Shown here in pieces: positions 1-10,752 of a stretch of 42,104 bases of DNA; within the stretch, counting starts at the first letter, position 1; each line of letters begins with the position of its first letter. The translations under genes were made by a program, and so were the position numbers. The stretch spans positions 62,001 through 104,104 of the forward strand of contig JALDZS010000075.1 in assembly GCA_022813965.1 (NCBI GenBank), read 5' to 3'. The notes beneath the pieces are model-generated. The model saw only the letters and a list, made by a program, of their open reading frames with translations. It had not been told where the DNA came from and searched no databases. This DNA is from Toensbergia leucococca (lineage: Eukaryota).

Positions 1-703
1 CGAGAGCACACATTATAACACGTTGGGGAGCGGAGAGCAGGAGATGAAGGATTCGCCACCGACATCGCAGGTTTCTACTTCAGAGGCAGCCCCATTAGCA
101 GATACCTCGAAATTGAACGGCGGTCTTCACGATGATATTAAATCGGATACCATCTCTACGGTTTCTGCAGATACAGCAGATTCACCTCCCTCGCCCGTTC
201 AGCAGGAAACCAATTGGCAATCATCCATCGTTGGCAATGACGAGATCGCCAAGAAAGCACGCAAGAAGGAGAAACATGAAATGAAACTCGCATTATCGGA
301 AGAGAGAAGTCAACGGAGAGCATTACGTAAAGCCAAGCTTAGTCGAAGACTGGACCGTAAGGAGAGGCGTCAAAAAAGGGTCGAGCAGATAGAGCGGCGA
401 GAGGAGATGGATGATGAGAAACTTGCTGCACCCGCAAAATTGGCAGGTCTGACTATAGCCCGCTACAAAAGAAAGTTGGAGAGAGGCGAGATCAAGTTCA
501 ACGCCAGTGGGATACCCGAAGCGATCAGTAAAAAGGACATCAAGAAGGCAAGGAAGGAAGCCGAGAAATCTGAGAAGGCTGATAAAGTTACGAAGGATAC
601 GAACGGCGGATTGGATGGTGGTAAGAAACGGAAGAGGGGCGAGGAAGCTGATGAAGCGGTGGAAAAGTCGGAAAAGAAGAAAAAAAAGAGGAATAGAGAT
701 TAA
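1..703 (+). CDS. 3' part of a gene encoding a Lys/Glu/Arg-rich, probably nuclear/nucleolar protein (5' end outside window)
   Basis: Frame is open from position 2 to TAA at 701-703; highly charged KKE/KKR-rich C-terminus with NLS-like GKKRKR and KKKKKR. No diagnostic domain visible. Confidence 0.6.
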   Translation, partial: ESTHYNTLGSGEQEMKDSPPTSQVSTSEAAPLADTSKLNGGLHDDIKSDTISTVSADTADSPPSPVQQETNWQSSIVGNDEIAKKARKKEKHEMKLALSEERSQRRALRKAKLSRRLDRKERRQKRVEQIERREEMDDEKLAAPAKLAGLTIARYKRKLERGEIKFNASGIPEAISKKDIKKARKEAEKSEKADKVTKDTNGGLDGGKKRKRGEEADEAVEKSEKKKKKRNRD

Positions 704-1102
704 AGAGGTGATTTTTTGTGTAGCAATACTTTGTGGTGGCATTTCATAGCTACTTGATCATGGCGCTTTTGATACTCGGCGTTTAATCCGGCTTAGGGTA
801 CTCACTCTCAGTCTTCTAACTTCACACATATCATGTTAGGTAATTGATGCTGTGACTTCTCCAACCTCTTTTACGATCATGTGCCCGAGGCGCCCCCGGA
901 TATCAAATGCCATGAATCTTCCACTTACTGTGCCTCGTGCTAATATCGTTCAGCCTTACGAAGACCCACTAGCTTAAATAGCGGATGCCTTCATTCGAGG
1001 ATTCGACCTCGAGATATTGAACAAATTCCAACATCGCCAGATTCCCTACAAATCTAACGGGCCCGATCCTCACAGCCCACAATTTACCGCTTCGCCGCAG
1101 TC

Positions 1103-1826
1103 ATGAAAGTCCGTCCCCTCTCTCCCGTGAGCACTACTCAGCTCCAAGAATAACACAAGAAATGGCAGATACTCCCTGGCCCCCAGCCTCCTTTTTCAAA
1201 TCCTGAACTCCTCTCCCACCTCCTCTCTCGTCCCAAACACGCCACTCCGAAATCCTCAAATCTAGAGACAGTTCTCAAAGAAGTACGTGTAAGGGCCCGG
1301 CACCCTTTCTCTCTCTGGCGCACAGCATGTAGAGCTAGAGCAGAGCCAAAGGAGAATTTCATTGAAGCCAACGCTCATAGTGGACTAGGCAACAGACTAC
1401 CTAACTTCCTCCCCTCTTCCCACCCTTCGCATTGTTGCCTCCCCTTCTTCTCGACCAGCCTCCCCTTCCTCGTTACCCGCCTCTTCCTCGGCGCCCTCTC
1501 CCCCACGCCCTTCTTCAACCTCTCCACCTCCCTCTCCCCCGCCTACGATCTCTGAACCATCTCTCAAACCCACAATCTCTCATCTCCTCCAGAGTCTAAA
1601 ACCCTATGCACTCACCAAATCCGAAATCCTCATGATGCTGAATTTGAGGCCGAGAGATCTCGGCTTGTTAGATTGTATTGTTGAGGAGTGTGACTTACGG
1701 TTCAGCGAGGTGGAGATGGAGGGGATGTTGCGGGCTGTGGGCGAGATTTGTGTCGAAGATGAGGATGGAGGGGTTGGAAGTGGGGGTGGGGGTGGGTTAG
1801 ACGATTCAGTATCTGGGGCTGGATGA
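1103..1826 (+). CDS. RPC17: RNA polymerase III subunit C17/RPC9 (Rpb4/HRDC family), 3 exons
   Basis: Exons 1103-1108, 1169-1282, 1389-1826 with GT..AG introns give MKILPGPQPPFSNPELLSHL...NLETVLKE-ATDYL...LKPYALTKSEILMMLNLRPRDLGLLDCIVEECDLRFS, the C17 signature motifs. Confidence 0.88.
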
Positions 1827-3213
1827 AGGTAATCGGGTAAATGCATGCACGTGGGTGATTTAGTTACCATTGAGGATTGCGCATACGGACCGACTCCTTG
1901 GGAAAGGCAGCTGATATTTCTCTTCTGCGGAAAAAAAAATTGGTCTGGAAAGATTCTTGGGCATTCTACTCGCTCGACTTGAGCAAAAGGGGAAATGGCA
2001 TCTTCACAACAAGGAGAAGGAGGAAGGGACCCGGAGTCTGACATGTGGAACGCAGCGGGAAAAAGACCGAACATGATGCAATCTAGGAGGCCGTGGCAAG
2101 CCGGGGTGTCAAAGCGCTGGCAGCTCGCTTCCACTGTTTAAACATATATCAAACGTCTCAGACAGCTAGGACTTCGCCAGCGGGGCCCACTTGTTTCCAT
2201 TTACCACAAACAAACACACTCTGTCGAAACATTTATCAGAGCTGTAGGTACAAATACTGCGACCAAACAATCAGAGATTGGGTCTGATACATTCGGCGCC
2301 CTCTTGCACGGAGGTTTCTTCGAGATAGAAATCTCTGGTCTCTCTGCTTACGAATCATCCAGGCTCTATCAGAAGGATATGGGACTAAACCGGCTATGAC
2401 AACATGGACAAGCCTGAATCAAAAACCATCAGTGATGGCTTCGTCGATGGCATCGATACTGGCGGACTGGCTTCGTGAGACGGAGCTTGCTCCTTATGAC
2501 CGAAAATCGGCGGCCAGTAGCACCAACAACAGTAGCTGAGCTTCAGGTTGGATGCTTCGTCCCGAGACGTAATCCGTGGTAACATTGGCAAGTGATGGTT
2601 ACTGTAAATCTGCTCCTCTCTCCTGCATCGACTCCAGCCCTGCTTCCAATTTGTCACCGCAATTCTTTATATTTTAAAGTCAGGAAGAATGAGGAGGACG
2701 TTGATTACCATCTCGAGGACCGTCGTACAAGTGTCTTTGAGGATACGTGAGGAAAGACAACTGTTTCTCATTGGCATCTTTGAATACATCTGGTTTGCTG
2801 TAGTTTGTGGAATGCATGTCAAAAGATCTTGCTTTGAAGAGCGCCGCCCCGCACTTCCCGAATGCTATATCGCGGTGAGAACATGGTCGACTTGGTTCGA
2901 CTTGGTAAATCTGATTGCGGATGAGAATTAATGTGATGAATTACAACCTTGACCGCATGTCGCGTCGATAGCGGAAGCATTACGAGTTTCACTTCGCAAG
3001 CTTTTGCGACTTTGACACGTTGGCGATTTCTTTGGAGTCCACGGTTCTGTGGAATTTATCAACAGAAAGACACCTCTATGTGTGCAAGTCGATTTTCATG
3101 TTTTCATGTCTCTATTTTCTCTTGTTTTATCTGATGCTTTGCTGGACTTGACATTGTCGACTGCCACTGGCTTCAAATACAGTCTCCCAATCTTTCAACA
3201 AAATACCTAGGTA

Positions 3214-4375
3214 ATGAACCCTTTCGCTGGTCGAGCTAGCGGATTACGTGCACTCTGGCTTCTCATCTCTTTTGTGCCCGCTTCTTCAAATCCCATATGC
3301 CATCTTTATTTTGGTAGACCCTCAACTGCAATCTGCAAGCGAATGTTATTCCAAGATGCTGGTCTACGATATCCCGTCGCGATTGATACCCTGGATCAAA
3401 AGAATCACGCCTTCGCTCTCCCCGGCATCCACAAACCCCGGAGTCTTTCCACCCAACAATGGCTTAACAAGATATGGATACCAAAGCTATGGGATGATCG
3501 TAAGTGGCGTTCAAACCGATCTTGAGTAGTGTGTTCGTACTCATGTCGTAAGGGGATCTCACCATCGATACAGGATCATGTAGAATAGCTTTACTTCCCA
3601 TAGTGTACTTGGACATGAGCGTATCGTTCGACACAGGCTATTGGAATGACATCGCCGCCAGCGGAGGCGATGTTGTTGAAGGGTGCCTGGGAATGGGGGG
3701 TCAAGGTTTTGCTGGTAAGTTATAGTAAAGATCTTCTAGCATGAATACTATATACTCAATCTATTTCATCAACCAGGTGCAGAGGAACAACTAGTCATGA
3801 TCCTCTATGAAGACTTCTCTGCCTTTGACAACTATACCCAAGAAGACTTCAAAAACGGTAAAGCTCCGCTAGCTACAGAGACTCCAGACGGTTTGATAGA
3901 TATTGGAGGCTTTGAAGCCCCAGCCGAGCCCAAGCCCTCTCGCAGCCCTTCTGCCGAATCAACAAATTTCCAAGGCCCCGCGTGCGGTCAGAATTGTGCT
4001 GGCCCCGTGAATCTATGTAGCGGCAGCGATGGCTGCAGGTGCATTGCGGATCCCTGGCAAGGTACCGGAAGCGGATTCTTCACTGGCTCATGCCGAACGC
4101 CGTACTATGATAGTGGGCGCGAACTGGCCGAGATTGACAGCATAGAGGCGGTAGACGTGACGGATTTGCCCGGTGTGGCTTGTCCCTGCAACTGCACATA
4201 TGTGTCAAAAGCATGCTGCAGCGCTGGCGCGGGCATTGTACAAGAGGCGCCTGCTTTGAGATTAGGTGCGGTGCGGCCTCCAGCTGGGCAATCATGTAAC
4301 TCAAGTACTGGACAGCTTCAGCCTGAGCCTGCATCTCTTAATCCTAACTTGACGTCGAGGAATTGGAGTGTGTGA
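3214..4375 (+). CDS. Secreted cysteine-rich protein (~341 aa), 3 exons
   Basis: Introns 3500-3573 and 3715-3776 (both GTAAGT..CAG) join ORFs 3214 and 3797 in frame; hydrophobic N-terminal signal-like segment (LRALWLLISFVPASS); 16 Cys, including CGQNC..C..CRC..C and CPCNC..CC..C modules. Confidence 0.75.
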
Positions 4376-5269
4376 TTGAGAGGCAAATATTAAAAGTGTT
4401 ACCTTGCATCTTGCATACTCTAGAGACACGGAGAGAGCTTTCTGCATTACCTAACTTCCGAGCACAATCAATAATAGGTAGTCACTTGGCTGATACATGT
4501 CAACGGCAACTACAAGAAGATGAATTGGTATGCAGTCAACAGCTAGAGTCAAAAATAAGACATTTGACAACGACGAAGGATACAGGTGGAATGAAGCTTG
4601 ATGCCTCGAGGGACAGAAGGATGAGGCAGAGTGCAGGGAGTTTGCATCAAGACCATGTGCTTTCCGAAAGTTGTGGCATGGGACTTGGTAGACTGGTATC
4701 TTGCGTAGCCTTCCCACAAGCTTTTGCTTCCGTACATGGTCCAAGGGTATGGTACGAGTACCTAGCAATGATTTCTCAAACAAACCTAAGTTGATGATAG
4801 GCACATTATGGAAGTCGTCGAAGTTAGGTGTGTGTGTTGGTCAGGAGAATGTGGAGAAGACTCGATTTTACAGTGCGGGATTCTCAATGCCAAGTTTTCG
4901 AGACCTTTGTGCACACGAGACACGCTAATATTATAAAACCCCGCACCAAATTGATTCTTTCACCTTTCACCAATCCTTCTCCGTCCACTATGGTCTCATT
5001 ATTGCGCCCCAACTCCGTCTAGGTACACGAAGATGGAGGGACACTATTTTCATGGTCTTGTACGGGGTATCCTAACCACTTTCGTCTACTACTACCCTTC
5101 ACCCTTCCTGGTAGCGCATGACATCTACAGCTAATGACCGACCGTTACATTGTCCCTTCTCACTACACCATGCCATGTACTCCTTCCATCCTCGTCGACC
5201 AATTCTCCTCAAGCCTCGACCTCGATTTTACTTGGGACAACAGAATCTGGGCAAGGCTATTCTACCGTC

Positions 5270-6844
5270 ATGAAGAGCATCGGTGGGACCGAATATGCCG
5301 ATGCAGCTCAGCTGGCCCATTTGGGTCATAAACCTGAGCTGAAGCGAAACTTTTCTCCCTTGGCAATGCTGGGATTGGCCTTCGCCATATTGAATTCATG
5401 GACAGCATTGTCTGCCAGTTTATCGCTCGCTCTACCCAGCGGCGGTCCAACCTCAGTCATTTGGGGTCTCGTCACTGCTGGCGTCTGTAATCTCTGCCTG
5501 GCCGCTTCACTGGCCGAATTCCTCTCGGCTTATCCTACAGCTGGTGGACAGTATCATTGGGTTGCCGTCATTAGCTGGCCAGAATGGGTCCCGATTCTAT
5601 CTTGGATTTGTGGCTGGATCAACGTTTCGGGCTGGATCGCGTTGACGGCTTCTGGGGGCCTCCTCGGTAGTCAACTCGTCCTCGGCGTCATATCCTTTAT
5701 GGACACGAGTTACAGTCCCCAAAGGTGGCACCAATTTCTGATCTACATAGGCTATAATCTGGCTGCATTCTGCATCAACACCTTCTTGACCGATTTCTTA
5801 CCCCATATCACAAAAGCGGCATTTACGTGGTCCATTGCTGGCTTCGCTATTATTTCCATCACAGTCCTCGCATGTGCTTCTCCAGATTACTCCTCTGGCA
5901 ATTTTGTGTACCGCGAATTTATCAATGAGACCGGTTGGCCTGACGGAATTGCTTGGCTTCTTGGCCTTCTCCAGGCAGGTCTTGGATTGACAGGATTTGA
6001 TGCTGTGGCCCACATGATTGAAGAAATTCCGAATGCATCCGTCGAAGGGCCAAAGATCATGATTGCCTGCGTGGCCATCGGAGTTTCAACGGGTTTTATC
6101 TTTCTCACTGTATTATTGTTTGTTGCGGGAGATGTAAACAATGTCATCAGCGCTACCGCCGGGCCACTTCTTCAAATCTTCTACAATGCTACGGGAAGTA
6201 AAGCTGGGTCAATCTGCCTTTTGATGTTCCCGCTCATCTGCCTCCTCTTTGCCACCATCAGTATCATGACGACTAGCAGTCGGATGACTTACGCCTTTGC
6301 AAGGGATGGAGGATTACCAGCCTCGAGATTCTTCGCCAAAGTTCATCCCACATTGGACCTACCATTGAACGCACTGTACCTTACTGTCGCCGCCGTTGTC
6401 GTTTTCGGATGCATATTTCTCGGCTCTAGCAGCGCGTTCAACGCTATCATCTCAGCATCCGTCGTTGCTCTTAGCATCACGTACGCTATGCCTCCCGCCA
6501 TCAACTGTCTTCGAGGTCGCAAGATGCTTCCGGCCCGGAAATTTGTGCTTCCTGGAGTCATTGGCTGGATCGCTAATCTAATCGGGATCGTGTATGTCAT
6601 TGTCACTTCGGTACTTTTCCTCTTCCCTCCGAATCTACCTGTGACTGGAAACAATATGAATTATTGTGTCGTCGCATTCTTCATCGTGCTTGTGATTTCT
6701 ACCATTCAATGGTATGATGATGGTAGAAAGAATTTCAAGGGACCAAGAGTCGATCTAGAAGGAATTGAGAACGGAAAGGGTGTGGGCATCCCTGTAGAAG
6801 AGACGAGTAGTGGCGAGGATGGACTTTTAGAGAAAGATGTTTAA
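5270..6844 (+). CDS. APC-superfamily amino acid/polyamine/choline permease (Hnm1/Uga4-like)
   Basis: Multiple hydrophobic helices; motifs ELKRNFS..MLGLAFAILNSW, LAEFLSAYPTAGGQYHW, GFDAVAHMIEE, SSRMTYAFARDGGLP, NMNYC. First in-frame ATG is at 5270 (the ORF track starts at a TTG at 5150). Confidence 0.92.
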   Translation: MKSIGGTEYADAAQLAHLGHKPELKRNFSPLAMLGLAFAILNSWTALSASLSLALPSGGPTSVIWGLVTAGVCNLCLAASLAEFLSAYPTAGGQYHWVAVISWPEWVPILSWICGWINVSGWIALTASGGLLGSQLVLGVISFMDTSYSPQRWHQFLIYIGYNLAAFCINTFLTDFLPHITKAAFTWSIAGFAIISITVLACASPDYSSGNFVYREFINETGWPDGIAWLLGLLQAGLGLTGFDAVAHMIEEIPNASVEGPKIMIACVAIGVSTGFIFLTVLLFVAGDVNNVISATAGPLLQIFYNATGSKAGSICLLMFPLICLLFATISIMTTSSRMTYAFARDGGLPASRFFAKVHPTLDLPLNALYLTVAAVVVFGCIFLGSSSAFNAIISASVVALSITYAMPPAINCLRGRKMLPARKFVLPGVIGWIANLIGIVYVIVTSVLFLFPPNLPVTGNNMNYCVVAFFIVLVISTIQWYDDGRKNFKGPRVDLEGIENGKGVGIPVEETSSGEDGLLEKDV

Positions 6845-7187
6845 TTAGTCTCGGAACTTGAGAACTTAATATAAAGCACCTTTATTGGAGTCTTGGATAA
6901 TCTGGAGGCGGCAAATCGTGTATGTATATTGAAAAGGTAACCTATGAGAACAATCGTGCGGTTTAATCTCGTGCAAACGATTCTTCTATTGGAAGTCTTT
7001 TCGCATGAACCAACGCTTTTTCGGATTTTGGTACCGCTGTAATCAATAAAAAGAGCATCCTCAGTTGCTGCTTCGCATCCTTTCCGAAGACAAGTCTTTT
7101 TCTTTTACAATTTCATGGCAACAAAATTCAATGGAACAACGGCAAATCAGATACCAGAGTCTAATCTCGAAGTTACTCTCATTTACC

Positions 7188-7740
7188 TCATGAGTTCTTT
7201 GCCTTGAGAGCCTTCTTCTCTCTTTGAACACTCCAGGCTAAAGTCTGAGCAATTCCCTCTTTTCCCGCATCAAAAGACAATGAGAAGACGACAGTCAATT
7301 TTGGGGCATAAAATGGACGCAACGATTCCCTTCGGCCGTTCTCAGGTCATTCTCCCAAGGCCAATGGATTCGAGATCCCTCGACTCACTCCACCGTTCTA
7401 CATAATCATGCATGCCCTCTCGCTCTCGGTCCCTCCTCTGGGCCACCAAAGCACCAGACTCTCTGAAGTCCAGCACACTTTGCAGAGTAGCGTTAGTACC
7501 TGTCTCTTGATTCTTTCTCGGCCTTAACCACTCTAGACTCGACGGCTTTACTTCTTCTCAGCAATGGACTATCCGTGGGTGGTCATGGCTATTCACACAT
7601 GTTAAAGTAAGTCGACCGATCCTAACAAAGTTCATCATCCTGAGTAATGGCTACCGAATCCCCGGCGTCTCAGCATGGGCTGAGACAACATCGATGTACC
7701 GACGGTAGAGTCTCGCTTAGTACTGCTTCCGGTGACTGTA
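7188..7740 (-). pseudogene. Probable decayed protein-coding gene of unknown family
   Basis: Minus strand has an intron with a perfect TACTAAC branch (7498-7492) and protein-like segments in different frames (QRVWCFGG; HDYVERWSESRDLESIGLGRMT*ERPKG; PKLTVVFSLSFDAGKEGIAQTLAWSVQREKK*), separated by frameshifts and a stop. Boundaries approximate. Confidence 0.35.
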
Positions 7741-8366
7741 TTTCAACTCAAACAATCGCTACCACGACCTGATGGAGTGATTTCCTCCAGCTACTTCAGT
7801 CACAGTACTAGCCGCATCGAATCATACCCCAGGTTTCCAACATCACTTATTCTGGTTAACAATTATGATCATGCCTTGAAGGCCAAGGGACTTCTAATTG
7901 GAGAATTTCATGTTGACCCAAACCCTTGGGACACAGTTCTTAGCGATGTTTTTTGGTATTGGATAATAGTTGATCTAGCCGTCTCTTTTGCTTCTTATCC
8001 GTTGAAGACTCGTCCTCTTGCTTTCTTCCTTATTAGACACCAAATGCGCTAGATCGACGTAGTTCCTATGATATGACCTTTGAAGGCAGTGAAAATTCCT
8101 TACTAAGAGAAGTTGAAGAAGATGAACAATGGAAGTTGATGGTAGTTGTGACTACTAAAATAAGGTACTCAAGATCCTTTTCATCTGAAAGACAATGCGC
8201 ATCAAAGTTTGCCAACGAATGTGAAGTCATAGACTTCACGTCGTGGGTATCAAGACTGTGAGTCACTAACTGTTCCATTTACTTCACTGAATTTTGTGTT
8301 GGCTCATCCACAAAATGCTCCAACATTTACATTTGACCTTTTCTCTGTTGGTAACATCGCAACACA

Positions 8367-10091
8367 ATGCCTTCGTTTACCCATGAAGAGTTCTTGGAGC
8401 TCAGTCTCCTACGTGATAAAGAAATCAAAGCAATCATCAGCTTAGGTCTACTTCCAAAAGATGCCATGACCGATCCTGAGCTCCACAATGCTTTCGTCTT
8501 CGAATACCCTGAGATGACGCTGAGAATCACTACCGGTAAATCCTATCCCATAGAACCATTGATATTCGACGTCCACAACATTACTCTTCCTCGCAATGTT
8601 GTCGATTCTCTTCGCCGGAGTTTACGCAATATCTTATTCGATGACAATCATCGAGACAGATATGAGGAATGGGTTAATCGTGGAACTGCCAATGAAACGG
8701 GCATTCTAGAGTTCAGCATGACTGCCTTGCACATGTTGCAAAAGACCATCGCTCATCTCGACGAGTACAGAAAGGATCCAAGATACTGGAAGGCTCAAGT
8801 CCAAGTGAAACCATCAAAGGTGGACTTCCGGACCATCAAGCACTATACTGATATCCTAGAGAGTGAATATGGTATTGATCCAGCAACCGTTGAAGGCCAC
8901 TCGCTAGCCGAGCATGCGCTTGGAAAGACTCCTGAAGAAATTTGTGAGGAGATCCCACCAAGATACCGCATCCTCCACATTGAGAGTATCGTCCGCAGTG
9001 ATCTATATTGCAGATTCGCCATGCGGAAGATCCAGATCCACGAGCGTTTGATGGAGCTCCCCATGCCAGAGCTACGACGTAGTGTCCACTCTACTTATCG
9101 TCGTGACCTCGCCATACGAGATAGCGAGAGCGAGAGGAAAGCACTTGTAGATCATCTCGTTACCCCTCGTGTCACTTATCACGGTACACAAAGAAACCTG
9201 GTTCCTTTAATTGTACGCACTGGCTTTCTCAGGCCTGGCGATGTAAATCCAGCCGACAAGACGAAACTCATTACGCGTTGCGGCAGCACCTATGGACGAG
9301 GCATATATTCATCTCCGTCTGCACCCTTCTCTTTATGCTATTCGCAAGGCGACGCTAGACCTACCAAGTCAAATGAATTTTATGGACTTAAACTCATTGT
9401 CTGCGCTACGGTCATGGGCATCGCCGCAACGATGAGTCGTGAGGATGAATGGCGCACTCAACATGAAGCCTGGCCAGGAGCAGATTCACACACTACCTAC
9501 AGTCAACTCGAATACATCGTGTTCGACCGCGCCCAGATTCTCCCTTGTTATGTCATTCATCTAGACTGGGGCCGTGACAATATGAAGGAATTTTACAACA
9601 TTCCTTTGAATTCCCAAGCCTGGGTCCCACATCAGCATCAGAGATCTCACTCAAAATTGACAGCCGAAGTGTTGGCTCCAGGAGACAAACGCCGTCTGAA
9701 AGAGGCCCTGGTGGCAAAGGCGGCCAAATACTTCCCGTATGGGTATGGGCCAGCAACGGGGACAAAATTCGTGGTCGAGGAGGTTGGGGAGATCGATGAG
9801 GATGAAGAGGAGTATGGGGAGTATCAGAAGGACAGGGTTGAAGGTATTGATGGCGGGGGCAATAACATCTGGGCGTGGGAAAAATCGGTCAAGGGGCTTG
9901 ATCTGGGCGGTGAGGGAGATGATGGGAAGCGGGGCAATGAGTTGGAAGGGGAGGAAGATGATGGGGAGGCAAATGGGGACGCGAAAGCAGTGGAGCAAGA
10001 CGACGCTTGGAAGTGGCAGCCGGATCTCAGAGGTTGCAATCATTTTGACGAGTACTTTGACTCTCGTGTTGCCAAGAGTCGACGGCGATGA
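8367..10091 (+). CDS. RWD-like domain + PARP-type ADP-ribosyltransferase catalytic domain with acidic tail
   Basis: N-terminus fits the RWD pattern (RDKEIKAI...LRITTGKSYPIEPLIFDV...LRRSL); ART motifs TYHGT, TYGRGIYSS, LIVCATVMG, LEYIVFDRAQILPCYVIHL form an H-Y-E triad. Single 574-aa ORF. Confidence 0.85.
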   Translation: MPSFTHEEFLELSLLRDKEIKAIISLGLLPKDAMTDPELHNAFVFEYPEMTLRITTGKSYPIEPLIFDVHNITLPRNVVDSLRRSLRNILFDDNHRDRYEEWVNRGTANETGILEFSMTALHMLQKTIAHLDEYRKDPRYWKAQVQVKPSKVDFRTIKHYTDILESEYGIDPATVEGHSLAEHALGKTPEEICEEIPPRYRILHIESIVRSDLYCRFAMRKIQIHERLMELPMPELRRSVHSTYRRDLAIRDSESERKALVDHLVTPRVTYHGTQRNLVPLIVRTGFLRPGDVNPADKTKLITRCGSTYGRGIYSSPSAPFSLCYSQGDARPTKSNEFYGLKLIVCATVMGIAATMSREDEWRTQHEAWPGADSHTTYSQLEYIVFDRAQILPCYVIHLDWGRDNMKEFYNIPLNSQAWVPHQHQRSHSKLTAEVLAPGDKRRLKEALVAKAAKYFPYGYGPATGTKFVVEEVGEIDEDEEEYGEYQKDRVEGIDGGGNNIWAWEKSVKGLDLGGEGDDGKRGNELEGEEDDGEANGDAKAVEQDDAWKWQPDLRGCNHFDEYFDSRVAKSRRR

Positions 10092-10752
10092 CAGAGATTC
10101 TTTGGGTCCCAAAACCCGGGCAATTACGCTTTTTCAAAGCACACATACTGAATGCCACCCCACCTGTTGAACGTGGAGCAGTGTTGATGACGACGGGTTG
10201 ATTTCTATGAGTTAAGGAGAACTGGCTACTTTATGTGCGCTCGCTATTTAAGCAGAGGGCTGAAGAAGTGGATCTGTCAAGTGTCAACACCCCACCACTG
10301 AATCACCATTGTGAGAATAATGCAAGGTTAGTGAGTTAAGATATGAGGGTTCTGGGGATGGAGACTTGGAGTGGAGGGGGCTACTTGTCATCTCATTAGC
10401 TAAAGAGAAGATGACAGATTTGTACCTGTCTGAAGCGGAGATGGGCGGGTGGAGTCGGGGATATTAGATTAGTGCACAAAGCGGAAGGGAAGAAATTTGA
10501 GTAACGATTTTGCTGCAAAGGGGTGTTGAACAGGTAGGGAGGAGATTGTACAGAGCCTGGGATGAAAAGCAAAGTTTTTTTTTCTTTTGGGGATTCTGTC
10601 TATCTAGCTAGCTATCAATCTGCAACAAAAAAGCCCATCGTACTTCAATCTGAGCCCAGGATTCGGAAAAAAGGGGGTGGGATTCCGGATCCTGATATGA
10701 CAAGCCAGATGCCTCTTCGCCGCCACTGCATCCGACAAGTCTCGTGTCAATT

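Noticed and set aside
960..1030. Possible tRNA gene
   Set aside because: Only a T-arm-like hairpin; no acceptor, D or anticodon stems can be built.
1830..3200. Short ORFs on both strands (1604..2134, 2394..2657, 2689..2931 and others)
   Set aside because: No recognisable motifs and no consistent splice model; could be another relic, but unsupported.
4363..5022. 143-aa and neighbouring ORFs downstream of the secreted protein
   Set aside because: Non-ATG or weak starts, no recognisable homology.
5270..6844. Intronless permease as a retrocopy or horizontal transfer
   Set aside because: No poly-A tail or target duplication seen, and several other genes in this window are also intronless.
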